This document shows, piece after piece, positions 1-37,196 of a stretch of DNA of 64,000 bases. Within the stretch, counting starts at the first letter, position 1. Every line of letters starts with the position of its first letter. The notes beneath the pieces are model-generated. The model was not told where the DNA came from. It made no database searches and was given only the letters and a program-made list of their open reading frames with translations. The stretch is from Leucoraja ocellata (lineage: Eukaryota): the NCBI GenBank assembly GCA_036785375.1, contig JAWMAR010000430.1, positions 1,674,001-1,738,000 of the forward strand, written 5' to 3'. The translations under genes and the position numbers were made by a program.

Positions 1-250
1 TCTGGAGAGGAATAGGTGATGTTTTGGGTTGAGACCTTTCTTCAGACTAGTTAGGGGGAAAAGGGTAACAAAAGATATAGACGATGTAGAGAGATAAAGA
101 ACAATGAATGAAAGATATGTAAAAAAGTAACATGATAATGGAAACAGGCCATTGTTAGATGTTTCATGTTGTGATCCTTCTTCAGACTCTCACCTATTCT
201 TTTTGCTCCATGCATTCTGCCTGACTTAATGAGTTCCTCCAACAGATTTT
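1..250. repeat. Penelope-terminal-repeat-derived short element (degenerate)
   Basis: ggtgatgttttgggttgagacctttcttcagact (16-48) and partial inverted arm 175-250. Confidence 0.6.
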
Positions 251-360
251 AGTTTTTCCTTGATCTTACCTGCCAATATTTTTTTACTCACCCTTCCAAG
301 TGTGCTTCTTATCTTCATTTTTGCACCAATTAGTAATTTTTTTTCCTTACAATTTCAAAG

Positions 361-25543
<25,183 letters not shown>

Positions 25544-25846
25544 AGGTTGACTTGCGACTCTTACAACCCTGCGTGTGGCTCCAAATGCAAGTCAAGTCAG
25601 CAGATACGGCCAAGCAGGTAGAAGAGTGAAGAATTACTGTTGAAGCAATAATTCCATGCAGAGGTTTACTTCTATATAACTGTTGGAGAGCAGAAAGTGT
25701 TGGTATTTTACACTTTAGAAAATACCAAACAGTTGCTGGTTACTTCCCTGCCTGTTCTCTAGTAGTAATTCAGGTCTAGCATTATAATGTAAAAAAATTC
25801 TCATCCAATCATATCCCAGCACTTTGCACAAATTAATTAAATATGA

Positions 25847-26199
25847 AATAAATCATGCGTGGGTTTTCAGCTGATCTGTACCTTATTAAGTCGGTCACAA
25901 TGAATCAATAGAGCTTTGCATATGTGCTTCTACTCACAGGATCGTGGAATAAACCAAGCATTCTACAATTTGGAGAGAGAAGCAGAAACATAACTAAAAG
26001 AGAACATACCTGTTGCTACTGTCATTGTAAAATACCCAGTGCTTGTTTAATTGTTTTGTGACATCAGTAAAAAAACATTTGATTATTAATAGAGCAATTT
26101 GTTTCATCAATTTCCAAGTCTGGTAGTTAGCAGCTTAGACAAAAAAAAATCAGCACACTTTGAAAATAAGTGGAATTGCTTTAAATAATATTTAATAAA
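25847..26199 (+). promoter_or_regulatory. Candidate ATP12A polyadenylation signals (AATAAA at ~25847, ~25948, ~26194)
   Basis: AATAAA hexamers 300-650 nt after the stop; which one is used cannot be told from sequence. Confidence 0.45.
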
Positions 26200-26221
26200 T
26201 GATTAAATGCAAATTACATTG

Positions 26222-26304
26222 TTAAGTAGAGTGCCTCACATGCTTCCCTGTGTGAGGTAATAAGGTATATTTATGTCTTCCTTGAGGTGAAGCACTGTGT
26301 TTAC
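26222..26304 (-). CDS. CXorf65-like probable terminal exon
   Basis: ttgtttatcag|GTAAAC...TAA; in phase with exon 5; GKHSASPQGRHKYTLLPHTGKHVRHST*; minus-strand ATTAAA ~25 nt downstream. Confidence 0.55.
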
Positions 26305-29300
26305 CTGATAAACAAATCGTGAAGCAGAGTATTACCAAACAGAAAAGGAGTACTAAATCTACAACACAAAGCTACAAGAACTTTTACTATGCGTGTTTAA
26401 CCATATAACCATATAACAATTACAGCACGGAAACAGGCCATCTCGGCCCTACAAGTCCATGCCGAACAAATTTTTTTCCCCTTAGTCCCACCTGCCTGCA
26501 CTCGTACCATAACCCTCCATTCCCTTCTCATCCATATGCCTATCCAATTTATTTTTAAATGATACCAATGAACCTGCCTCCACCACTTCCACTGGGAGCT
26601 CATTCCACACCGCCACCACTCTCTGCGTAAAGAAGTTCCCCCTCATATTACCCCTAAACTTCTGTCCCTTAATTCTGAAGTCATGTCCTCTTGTTTGAAT
26701 CTTCCCTATTTTCAAAGGGAAAAGCTTGTCCACATCAACTCTGTCTATCCCTCTCATCATTTTAAAGACCTCTATCAGGTCCCCCCTTAACCTTCTGCGC
26801 TCCAGAGAATAAAGACCTAACTTATTCAACCTATCTCTGTAACTTAGTTGTTGAAACCCAGGCAACATTCTAGTAAATCTCCTCTGTACTCTCTCTATTT
26901 TGTTGACATCCTTCCTATAATTTGGCGACCAAAATTGTACCCCATACTCCAGATTTGGTCTCACCAATGCCTTGTACAATTTTAACATTACATCCCAGCT
27001 TCTATACTCAATGCTCTGATTTATAAAGGCTAGCATACCAAAAGCTTTCTTTACCACCCTATCTATATGAGATTCCACCTTCAAGGAACTATGCACGGTT
27101 ATACCCAGATCCCTCTGTTCAACTGTATTCTTCAATTCCCTACCATTTACCATGTACGTCCTATTTTGATTTGTCCTGCCAAGGTGTAGCACCTCACATT
27201 TATCAGCATTAAACTCCATCTGCCATCTTTCAGCCCATTTTTCCAAATGGCCTAAATCACTCTGTAGACTTTGGAAATCCTCTTCATTATCCACAACACC
27301 CCCTATCTTGGTATCATCTGCATACTTACTAATCCAATTTACCACACCTTCATCCAGATCATTGATGTACATGACAAACAACAAAGGACCCAACACAGAT
27401 CCCTGAGGCACCCCACTAGTCACCTGCCTCCAACCCGATAAACAGCCATCCACCATTACCCTCTGGCTTCTCCCATTCAGCCACTGTTGAATCCATCTTG
27501 CTAGTCCTGCATTTATACCCAACAGTTGAACCTTCTTAACCAACTTTCCATGAGGAACCTTGTCAAAGGCCTTACTAAAGTCCATATAGACAACATCCAC
27601 TGCTTTACCCTCGTCAATTTCCCTAGTAACCTCTTCAAAAAATTCAAGAAGATTAGTCAAACATGACCTTCCAGGCACAAATCCATGTTGACTGTTCCTA
27701 ATCAGACCCTGTTTATCTAGATGCTTATATATATTGTCTCTAAGTATCTTTTCCATTAATTTGCCCACCACTGAAGTCAAACTAACAGGTCTATAATTGC
27801 TAGGTTTACTCTTAGAACCCTTTTTAAACAATGGAACAACATGCGCAGTACGCCAATCCTCGGGGACTATTCCCGTTTCTAATGACATTTGAAATATTTC
27901 TGTCATAGCCCCGGCTATTTCTACACTAACTTCCCTCAATGTCCTAGGGAAATATCCTGTCAGGACCTGGAGACTTATCCACTTTTATATTTTTCAAAAG
28001 TGTCAGTACTTCTTTTACTTTGAACCTCATAGTATCCATAGCTACTCTACTAGTTTCCCTTACCTCACATAATTCAATATCCTTCTCCTTGGTGAATACC
28101 GAAGAAAAAAAATTGTTCAATATCTCCCCCATCTCTTTTGGCTCTGCAGATAGCTGTCCACTCTGTCTCTCCAATGGACCAATTTTATCCCTCGTTATCC
28201 TTTTGCTATTAATATAGCTGTAGAAACCCTTTGGATTGACTTTCACCTTACTTGCCAAAGCAACCTCATATCTTCTTTTAGCTTTTCTAATTTCTTTCTT
28301 AAGATTCTTTTTACATTCCTTATACTCCTCAAGCACCTCATTTACTTCATGCTGCCTATAATTATTGTAGATCTCCCTCTTTTTCCGAACAAGATGTCCA
28401 ATTTCCCTTGAAAACCAGGGCTCTTTCCAATTTTTACTGTTTCCTTTCAACCGAACAGGAACATAAAGATTCTGTACTCTTAAAATTTCCCCTTTAAATG
28501 TCCTCCATTTCTCTTCTACATCTTTCCCATAAAACAAAATGTCCCAGTTCACTCCTTTTAAATCATCTCGCATCGCATCAAAGTTAGCCTTTCTCCAATC
28601 AAAAATCTCAACCCTAGGTCCAGTTCTGACCCTCTCCATAATTATCTTGAAACTAATGGTATTGTGATCACTGGACCCGAAGTGCTCCCCAACGCATACC
28701 TCCGCCACCTGTCCCATCTCATTTCCTAACAGGAGGTCCAGCACTGCCCCTCCTCTAGTAGGTACCTCTATGTATTGCTGCAAAAAACTATCCTGCACAC
28801 ATTTTACAAACTCCAACCCATCCAGCCCATTTACAGAATGTGTTTCCCAGTCTATGTGTGGAAAGTTGAAATCTCCCACAATCACTACCTTGTGCTTACT
28901 ACTAATATCTGCTATCTCCTTACATATTTGCTCTTCCAATTCTCGTTCCCCGTTTGGCGGTCTATAATACACCCCTATAAGAGTTGCTACACCTTTCCCA
29001 CTTCTCAATTCCACCCAATTTGACAGTGTTTGTCTATATTTCTAGCCTGATTGGCATACAGGAGGTTTTAAATCCGTTAATTCAGCTGTGACTTTCAAAC
29101 TACATTTTGAAAGAACACAAAATGCATACATGAAATTAAAATCTACAAGCATGTTTCTATGATCATCATTAACATTCCAAGATGGCAATATTGCTATGGA
29201 GAGAGGATAAAAATAGAGTTGCAGGTTAAATCGTGGCTTAAATATTACAATGCCAAACAATTATGGAATAATAATCATTTTGAATTGTCGACAAAACAGG

Positions 29301-32300
29301 TGAATGTGAACAGGGGTGTGTGTCTTGAAAAAACAAAAGGGAAACATAGGCAAAACTCTCAAGCCTTGACAGGTGGGATGCGCATGACAGCTTTCCTCAG
29401 TTCAGGTTTGGATCAATGCTGACAGACTTACAACATGTTAGAAGGTTCCAAGTTGAAGCACTGCTCCAGAAACTGGAACGCATAAACTTGGCTCCTATGA
29501 AAACTGCATTTTAACTGTAGCTTATTAAGATTCTTACCATCTGTCCTGAATGAAATGGAGGAAGATGGTGAAGAAGATATCTTGTGCAGCCGTTTTGCTT
29601 TTCCTCGGGACTGACCTCGAGAATCCATCCGGATTCCTAGTTTAGCTTCAGGAAAAGAAGATCAATAGATGAGGTAAATCTGTATTCAACAAAGGGTGAG
29701 TGAAACAGAGGCCTTAAGCGTCTCAAAATCAATTAATTATTCTTTTCTACCTCAGTATTTTTTACAAACAACAAACAAATGGGGGAACCTATTGCTTTGT
29801 CAGTAATGCTGTGGATCTCAGAAATACAGTATAAATTACAGCCACTGGTATATGAGGTACATTGATCCCATACATGACTAAATTTGTTCTATTACTTTCA
29901 TTCTGTACACTGTATAGAGTTGCTTTCTTCATCCACATGCATTGAACTAAATACTCCGAAGGACACAAAGTGCTGGAGTAACGCAGCTGGTTGGGCAACA
30001 TCTTTGGAGAACAAGGATAGGTGACGTTTCGGGTTGGAACCTGAAAAACTGAGATATTTTTGACTTACCTAAGAATTTTGGTGTGACAATATTATTATTG
30101 TTCAGTAAAGGTGTATATGTTGGTTTGGTGGGACTGACAGGCCCTGGAAGATATAAAAGTATACACAACCACTTTAAAAACTTTTTACTAAAACATAGAG
30201 ATTTGTACTTAAATGTTTCTATGTCCTCCAGTCCAGATGGCGAGGGTCAGAGATGAGTGGGGTCCCCAGACGCTATATGCCATCACTGTCACTATGTACG
30301 TTTCATAAAAAGCTAGATTCATCTACAGTTTACGATCAACGAATGAAATAATGATTTTTTTTTAACCAGGGTTATGCTTTGTAGCATTGGTTTACATTAA
30401 ATGCAATGTTAGTTTGCAAGCATTGGTTGTTTTTTCATCCCTCTCTATCACTCAATCTTTTATTGCTGCTTTTTCTGTTTTCACGTGATCAGATCCTGTG
30501 TGACTGGCAGCAATCTGATCTGAAATGAATGTTCATTTTTTTCCATTTTGCTTTGGTAACTGTAAACTTACCCATTCTTGCCCCATAATTATTCCTTTTC
30601 TTTTGAGGAACTAACTTACTGTTCACACCAAGTAGAACATAGACCTCCCTTCCAGTCAAGATATCAGAGGAGTACGAATGTTGGTTTAGTAATAGATTTT
30701 TCACCTCTCCATTCTCATCTGCTAGATCAATCTCAGCTGAAATAGAAGTGCAACAGAAGCTTGTTATTGGCAAAAATAACCAGCTATGACAGATTGATTT
30801 CCTCCATAACTCATTTCTGTCTACAAATGAATCATTTCTAATGATCTTGCATTGCTTTTATTTAACCCTACATCACAACAATCCATTTCCTTCATCTCAT
30901 TTATCCTATCAGTCACAATACCACCATTCTAGCTGTGTAGTCATTTAATAAGGAATACTTGCCTTTAAGCAGATTTAACATATGCTTCCAGATCCAAAGC
31001 CACCTTTGGAAAAATCTGACTATGAGTTGATAACAATTTGGTCACAATACCTGATTAAGGAACATTTTCTCCTAAAGGATTACCAAATCTCTTTCCCTCA
31101 ATACGGTGAAAACAAAGCACTACAAACATGAAGACAACACTTTTCTATATTTACAGGTTTAATCTCTCTAATATTTCACTTGCTTATTATGTATGATGCA
31201 GCTCTACTTACACTGGAACTTCACTAGTAGATGGTAGTATCTCCTTCGCTACAGAAAGATACAAAATGCTGGAGTAACTTAGCGGGTCAGGGCATGAATT
31301 GATGATGTTTTGGGTCAAGGCTTCTTCAGTCTGAAGGGTTCAACCCAAAAAGTCACATATCAGGGTCTCTACACAAAACATTGCCCATCCATATTCACCA
31401 GAGCTGCTGCCTGACCCACTTAGCTACTCCAGCATTTTGTGTCTTTCCTTGGTTAACCAGCACCTGCAGTTCAGTATTCCTGCATCACCTGATCTGTTTT
31501 AAGGAGGAAGCTTCTAATTCTGGCAATTTCTTATCTGGTTCATTTGATGATATCATCCTTCCATATCTTAGTTGGTCATGATGATGTGTCATCGTATAAA
31601 TAGGTGAATTAGGAGCGAGATTAGATCATGTGTCAACTAAGCCTGCCCCACTGATTGTAACCTCAATTCCTCATTCTATTCTCCACCTTGCCTATCAAGA
31701 ATCCACCTACAAATTGCCTTAAAAAAAAAATCAAAGACTGTCCACTTCATATCTCTACAATTGGACCTAGAGCAAAATTAATAATTTCTCTTGCCTTCAG
31801 TCTCATAATGACAGTTCTGTTTGATGTAGTCCAATAAAATTTGGGTCTTGCAGTATGGATTGAAGAGAGCATGTTCATTATCTGCGGTGTACATAAACAA
31901 GATTACAAAGTTAACATCACAAACATTCTGACCGGTCCTACCTCCCGCCAAAAGAGTATTGTGACTTTGAACTAAAGAATACAATGATCCAAAGTGTCCT
32001 GGACCCAACCTACCATTTGGTATCACTGCCTATGGTCCCCACCTACACATTTTCTCAAGGCAAAGACCTACCTAAACAAGTTGACACCGACAAGTGCCTT
32101 GCGAACAGGCTCTAAGAAGGCTTTGTGTGTCATAACCGCACCCCCCCAGAAAGCCCCTGACAGATCACTGGTCATCAAAAATGGTTTAACAAAGGTATTT
32201 ATAAAACCTATTCAAACAACTTGAATAAGTGAGAAAATAAAGTTAATGAGTACAAATTATTAGGATAGGTCAAATACAAACAAAAAAGGTGAATTCAATA

Positions 32301-34370
32301 AATGAATGTACATAAATCATCTACTTCCACCCACAGCATTGTGAGCTTAGTCAAATGAATGAGGTCTCTGTTCATGATCGTTGTTATGTGGCTGTGGACT
32401 GGATGTAAAGTGCATCTGGTTCCATTTGTCAGCAAGTCACTGCTCCACTGCTGGGAATGGTGCAATTCATCAGGAAACGTGTTGGATTGTGAATGTCCAA
32501 GATGTGGTGAGCCATGAATAGCTGATATCCAGCAACCCCTTTTTGAATGCTATAATCGAGCCTGGTTCAGTCCATTTTCTAAAGTGGAACTTTATCTGAT
32601 TATTACAAAGTTGCATTACATTTTCTTCGTTCTCCTTTACATTTTGGAGCTACACAAAAAAAACCATTTATGAGATGTGGCTATAATGAGTAAAACCTGC
32701 ATTTCATAGAATCATGGAAACTGAAACAGGCCCCTTCTTGTCCATACAAATATGACAACAATCGATGTTGATCCCATTTGCCTGCATTTTGGCTTTTCTA
32801 TCCAAGTACTGGCTTAAATGCCTCCATTACTTCCTCTGCTAGCTTGCGCTGCATATTCAGCCTCTATGAAAAACCCTTTCCCTCCGATCTCATTTATTAC
32901 CCATCTTTGTGTCACGCTAGTTTATAGTTCTTCAAGGGCGTTGATTAACAGATAATCACAAGTTCCATGCCTGGGCAAGATATTTGATCAATGCTTTCTG
33001 TTCAGCTGCTGTAAGTCTTGACATCCACCTGAGCATGGAATTCAAAGATTAGCATTCTGCACTGGAAATGCTCTCACTATAAGTGAGAAAGTAGCCATTT
33101 ATGAATGACCTAGCCCTTATACTGACGATAATTCAGCACACGATCTAGGTATTGCATCAACGAAGGAAGGCTAACAAAGGAAATGGAAAAGGCTATTCTG
33201 TTATTTGAGCCTAATCTTGATGTGTACTCATTTACCTGCCTTGATTCCATATCCTTTTATATAATTACCTAAACAGGGTCAATCACTGTAATTTAGAACA
33301 TACAATTGTCCCATTTTCACACGGCTTGAACCATTTTTGAGGAGCCAGTTCTACGATCCCAGTGCAATTTGCCTCTGGACATTATCCCTCAGCCCCACAA
33401 TCTTCACACTGCCCATCCACAACTTCTTCATCCACCATGCTTCACCCACCTCAGCTCCTAACTGAGACACACACTCTTACTACTGGCTATCTCCCCTCTG
33501 CCCTGATGCAGGGGCTAGACGGCATACGACCATTCATTTCCATCCACAGAGCTGCTGAGATCCTCCAGCAGATTGTTGGTTGCTCCAGATTCAAGCATCT
33601 GCGGTTTCTGGTATCTCCATCGAGCCACGCACCCTGTTCCTTCCCAGGGTCGTACTCAGCCAGTCCACTTGCCTCAGTTTTCCAAGCGTGCCAGAAAAAC
33701 GTCAGCAGAGTCTGGATCATTGCCAACAAAGTCCAGGTTTCTCCATCAAAGGCAAATCACCTTCTGACCTGTAAAGGTGCAGTTTAAAAAATAAATAGCC
33801 CAACATATCCAAAGGGAAATGCGGGTGAGTGGAACATTTCCTGTTCCTTTTCAATCCTTTTGTATTAATACAGAAATGTTGCACCTTCCCCATGGTGTCC
33901 TGGGGCTTCATGTGCACTAAATTGAAACTTTAAAGTTAGCAGTTGCAATTAGTTGTGTCGTTATCTGAAGAGAATATTACTTTCAATTGATAACATTGGG
34001 ACCAACAAATCACATTTATAAAAATTAATAAAGCACAATATATGGCAGAAAAACATAAACCAAACAATGATGTAGACTGACAATATTATGTTTCTTTTAC
34101 TGATATGAATGAATATGCCAACAATTGTTTTAACCATGTTGTTGGAGACATTCCTTCCCTGCTCCTTCCTCAACCTACATTGCAGAATACAGTCAGAAAT
34201 AATTTGAAGAGACATTTAAATCTACTTTATTGATCTATTAGTTAACTGTTACCATATGCAGCGAGAGTATTATATGTTTAATGCTAAAGATATTGTCACA
34301 AAATGAGGCAATTATTTTGACTGTTATAAAAGTTCTTACACTTACCTCCATATAACACTGTAATAAACAT
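26222..34370 (-). CDS. CXorf65/C22orf15-like uncharacterised protein, complete 6-exon model, ~164 aa
   Basis: Exons 34370-34346, 31881-31795, 30736-30620, 30143-30069, 29645-29538 and 26304-26222 all join in phase 1. Product: MFITVLYGDNEHALFNPYCKTQILLDYIKQNC...EIDLADENGEVKNL...REVYVLLGV...YTPLLNN plus a basic tail. It resembles the recalled CXorf65 (MFIFIKHGDNQQFLVN...TIDL) / C22orf15 family. Confidence 0.78.
26397..29018 (-). mobile_element. 5'-truncated CR1-clade LINE, ORF2 (partial APE endonuclease + RT) split by one frameshift near 27950
   Basis: ORFs 27944-29014 (GVYYRPP, VGDFN, GSSDH) and 26482-27939 (YADD, GVPQGSVLGP); TGGTTATA repeat tail at 26397-26420. Confidence 0.95.
29538..29645 (-). 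CDS. CXorf65-like exon 5
   Basis: cctgaag|CTAAA...GATG|gtaaga; 108 bp; AKLGIRMDSRGQSRGKAKRLHKISSSPSSSISFRTD. Confidence 0.7.
29960..30042 (-). repeat. Penelope-derived short element
   Basis: gacacaaagtgctggagtaac...ggataggtgacgtttcgggttg. Confidence 0.75.
30069..30143 (-). CDS. CXorf65-like exon 4
   Basis: ttccag|GGCCT...TTAG|gtaagt; 75 bp; RPVSPTKPTYTPLLNNNNIVTPKFL. Confidence 0.8.
30620..30736 (-). CDS. CXorf65-like exon 3
   Basis: tttcag|CTGAG...AACA|gtaagt; 117 bp; AEIDLADENGEVKNLLLNQHSYSSDILTGREVYVLLGVN. Confidence 0.85.
31255..31475. repeat. Penelope-derived fold-back element
   Basis: aaaatgctggagtaacttagcgggtcagg...cttcttcagtctgaaggg...ctactccagcattttgtgtc. Confidence 0.75.
31795..31881 (-). 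CDS. CXorf65-like exon 2 (GC donor)
   Basis: cgcag|ATAATG...GAAG|gcaaga; 87 bp; DNEHALFNPYCKTQILLDYIKQNCHYETE. Confidence 0.8.
34346..34370 (-). CDS. CXorf65-like first coding exon
   Basis: Minus strand accATGTTTATTACAGTGTTATATGGAG|gtaagt = MFITVLYG; A at -3 and a consensus donor. Confidence 0.8.
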
Positions 34371-37013
34371 GGTACTTTGGTATCACTGCGGAAACATTGT
34401 AACAAGATTTTGAAACTTTGCAAGTTGATTCACCTGATGATGAATGTGGTGTTTGTGCAGCTCCAAACAGCAGTGCAAGACTGGGCATGTTGCAGTGTGC
34501 TCCTAACATACACCAATTAAATGAATAATTCAGCAGATGCAAAACATACTCAATGAGCAAGTCAGATTAAATATGGTATTCTATTACCTATTACCAAGCA
34601 ATGGTTCTAATATTTACTGTAAGCTTTTTGAAATTAATGTGGAATGCAAAACATCATTGTTGAGTAGCATTAGTGTGTCAACATAATCTTCAGTGCTTTT
34701 GTTGTGTTTTATTGTGTTGAAAGCCTTTTAACTAGAATGAACTGAAGGAACATTCTGTTCCGTTCCTTGGATCAGACAGAACTTGAATTTATTTCACATA
34801 CAGAATAAAAGTGATTTAATACCCACTTTTCCTTGTATTTTCTTGACATACCTGCCTTAGTTCTGTGTTACTACCACTATTCCAGCAGATCATGTCTTCA
34901 AATCACAGTCCAGGACATGAGCTGACCTTTTGGTGAAGTACTAAGGGAGTGCTGTGTTGCTGGATCTGTTAAACTTGACATATTTTGTGATAAGGGTATA
35001 ATGGAAACTACGTAGCTCTTATGTCAACAACTGAAGGAACACAAGCACATATTTTCAGAAGACTAAAGCAAAAAAGATTAATATCCTTTTCTTAATAAAT
35101 TATTAGAAAATTGATGACTTGCATCTGGAATATATGATATATAACCCCAAGTAGATGTACCTGAAAGAGGCAACCAGCCCAAAACTGTCTCTCTTTATTG
35201 TCAAACTATCAACAGTCTATGCTGCAACAGGAAATCAATCAAATCTTACAAGAGAAGCAACCTTTCCAAATTATTATAGTAAGCTTTGACAAATCTTCAA
35301 ATTGATACTATTCACATAGAATGCACAGAATATCGCATAGTTGAAATGTATTACATATCAAATAAATTTAGATTACTTAGACTGATATTGTAGCTGCTGA
35401 GATATTTTAATGCACAAGCACATTTACCAGGATTTATTTCAGTGAGCTTTACTACATTTTGTCATAGGGATATGGCTCCCCACATTAAAATCCAACAGAC
35501 CAATAAGTATGGAAAAGATTTCAAGCAGAATACACACTCTTCACAAAGATCATGTTGGTATGCAATGCTTCCGTCTACACACAGCAATTGGACAGACAAA
35601 CTGATTTGCAACGCAACAGCAGAATCCAAACCATTTATTTTTGCAAGTCATGGTTCAATCCACTCACCAAATGTTGTCGGAGACCTTCTGAAATATCTGT
35701 CCCGTGTGCAGCATGACAGCATAAGCCAATGGCAATAATCTAAAAAGGACATGGTTAGAAGAGAAAACTGAAAGTGTGTTTGAAATTTGGAAGTGGGTGA
35801 TTTGGGGGTAGAACTCATGAGTGTAAAGTTTTGATGGCGGAACAAACAATGTTGCCAATGGTGGGACTATTGCAAGGTGCAGACTCTATAAAGGGTAGAG
35901 AATGGAAACAGGGGCACTGCAGAACAAGGAGAATAATACTGTGGGGAAGATTGTGAAAGAGGGTGGGTGTTTGGTCTTGGTTCACTGCTGTGGCAATTCC
36001 AAATTGAGCTTTGATATCCAAGAGAAAGAAAAATGATACCATTCTACATACCATTCTTGCACCATGTAAATTGGCATTTATGTGATTCAGACAAAGAAAC
36101 ATGGTTTGTTTACATGGTTGTGGTAGCTGGACAATTGTTTTAAGGGAATAAAACATGCAAATAAAAGGTAACATTAATCCTGAAATCAATTATCAACAAA
36201 TACAAAGGGAAATACACCACATTGGAATTAAACTTCAAATTACATTGAAATCTGAATCTCAGAGGCCAGTGAAAGAGTTAAAAAACACAGCAAAAACAGA
36301 ATCTCTATAATCACATAATATTGGGGATGCAAATTAAACACAAGTTACTCAGTTTTTTTCTGACAAAAAACTAAGACGTAAATACCATATGATGACTGAA
36401 TGGATTAGTTACTCTGGTCTTTGAATAGATGTAACTGTAACTCTATGAATCAAAGTGACTTAGATAGAAATTATAAAGCCTCTGCTTGTTGGCCTTTAAT
36501 TTATCAATGCTAAATTTATTAAGGGGTTAAACATTTTCATTCTTGCACTCCCAAAGAAATAGGCTACCTCCAAACGTGGTTGCCTCTCTAATTAACATAC
36601 TTTAACTTACTAAATTAATGTTGAACTTAAGTTCATATTTTCACTCTTCCTTTAACAAGAGCATGTGCCCATAGACTTTTTCTCTCAATTTGGGGGCACG
36701 TATAACAATGAGAAATATGGAAAATTGATGGATCCTATTAAAAAGTGCAATTAACATTGTGCATTCTGAATTGCATTCAGCTTGCAAAATTAATAAAAGA
36801 CTTAACCACTCCTGTTCTCTAATTTCTGGCATCACTAATTAGCAGGGGCAGGTTGTCACCAGGTTGATAATTTAGTTTGGAGAGATGAAGGGTCAAGAGG
36901 TTTCCTGGCCATAAATTGAGGGATTGAGCACGTTTTGTCTTTCTAAGCTTTGTATTACATGGTTTACACATCAACCTCCATTGACTGTTCATGTCCTGAC
37001 CATTGGTTGGGTC

Positions 37014-37196
37014 TCATTGCTGAGTTGGTTCCAGTGTCGTGTACAGATCTGCCAATTCAGGCTCCACTTCTGAGAGCCTGTTCATTACACAACGCCTTTG
37101 CAGCTGTAGGACTGACACTTTATATCGGGCTTCTGAGAGATTTCCCAGCCACTTGTTGAATTCTTCTGGTGGCTTCTCGGAACCAATAACGCGCTC
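37014..37196 (-). CDS. Large membrane protein, terminal coding exon
   Basis: tttcag|GAGCGC...TGA; 183 bp; [17 protein letters not shown]...[19 protein letters not shown]...*. Confidence 0.78.
   Translation of the reverse strand, partial: ERVIGSEKPPEEFNKWLGNLSEARYKVSVLQLQRRCVMNRLSEVEPELADLYTTLEPTQQ

Noticed and set aside
25547-25595. 9-bp stem just after the ATP12A TGA as a readthrough or SECIS element
   Set aside because: Too short, no SECIS core seen, and the YY-stop end is the conserved terminus.
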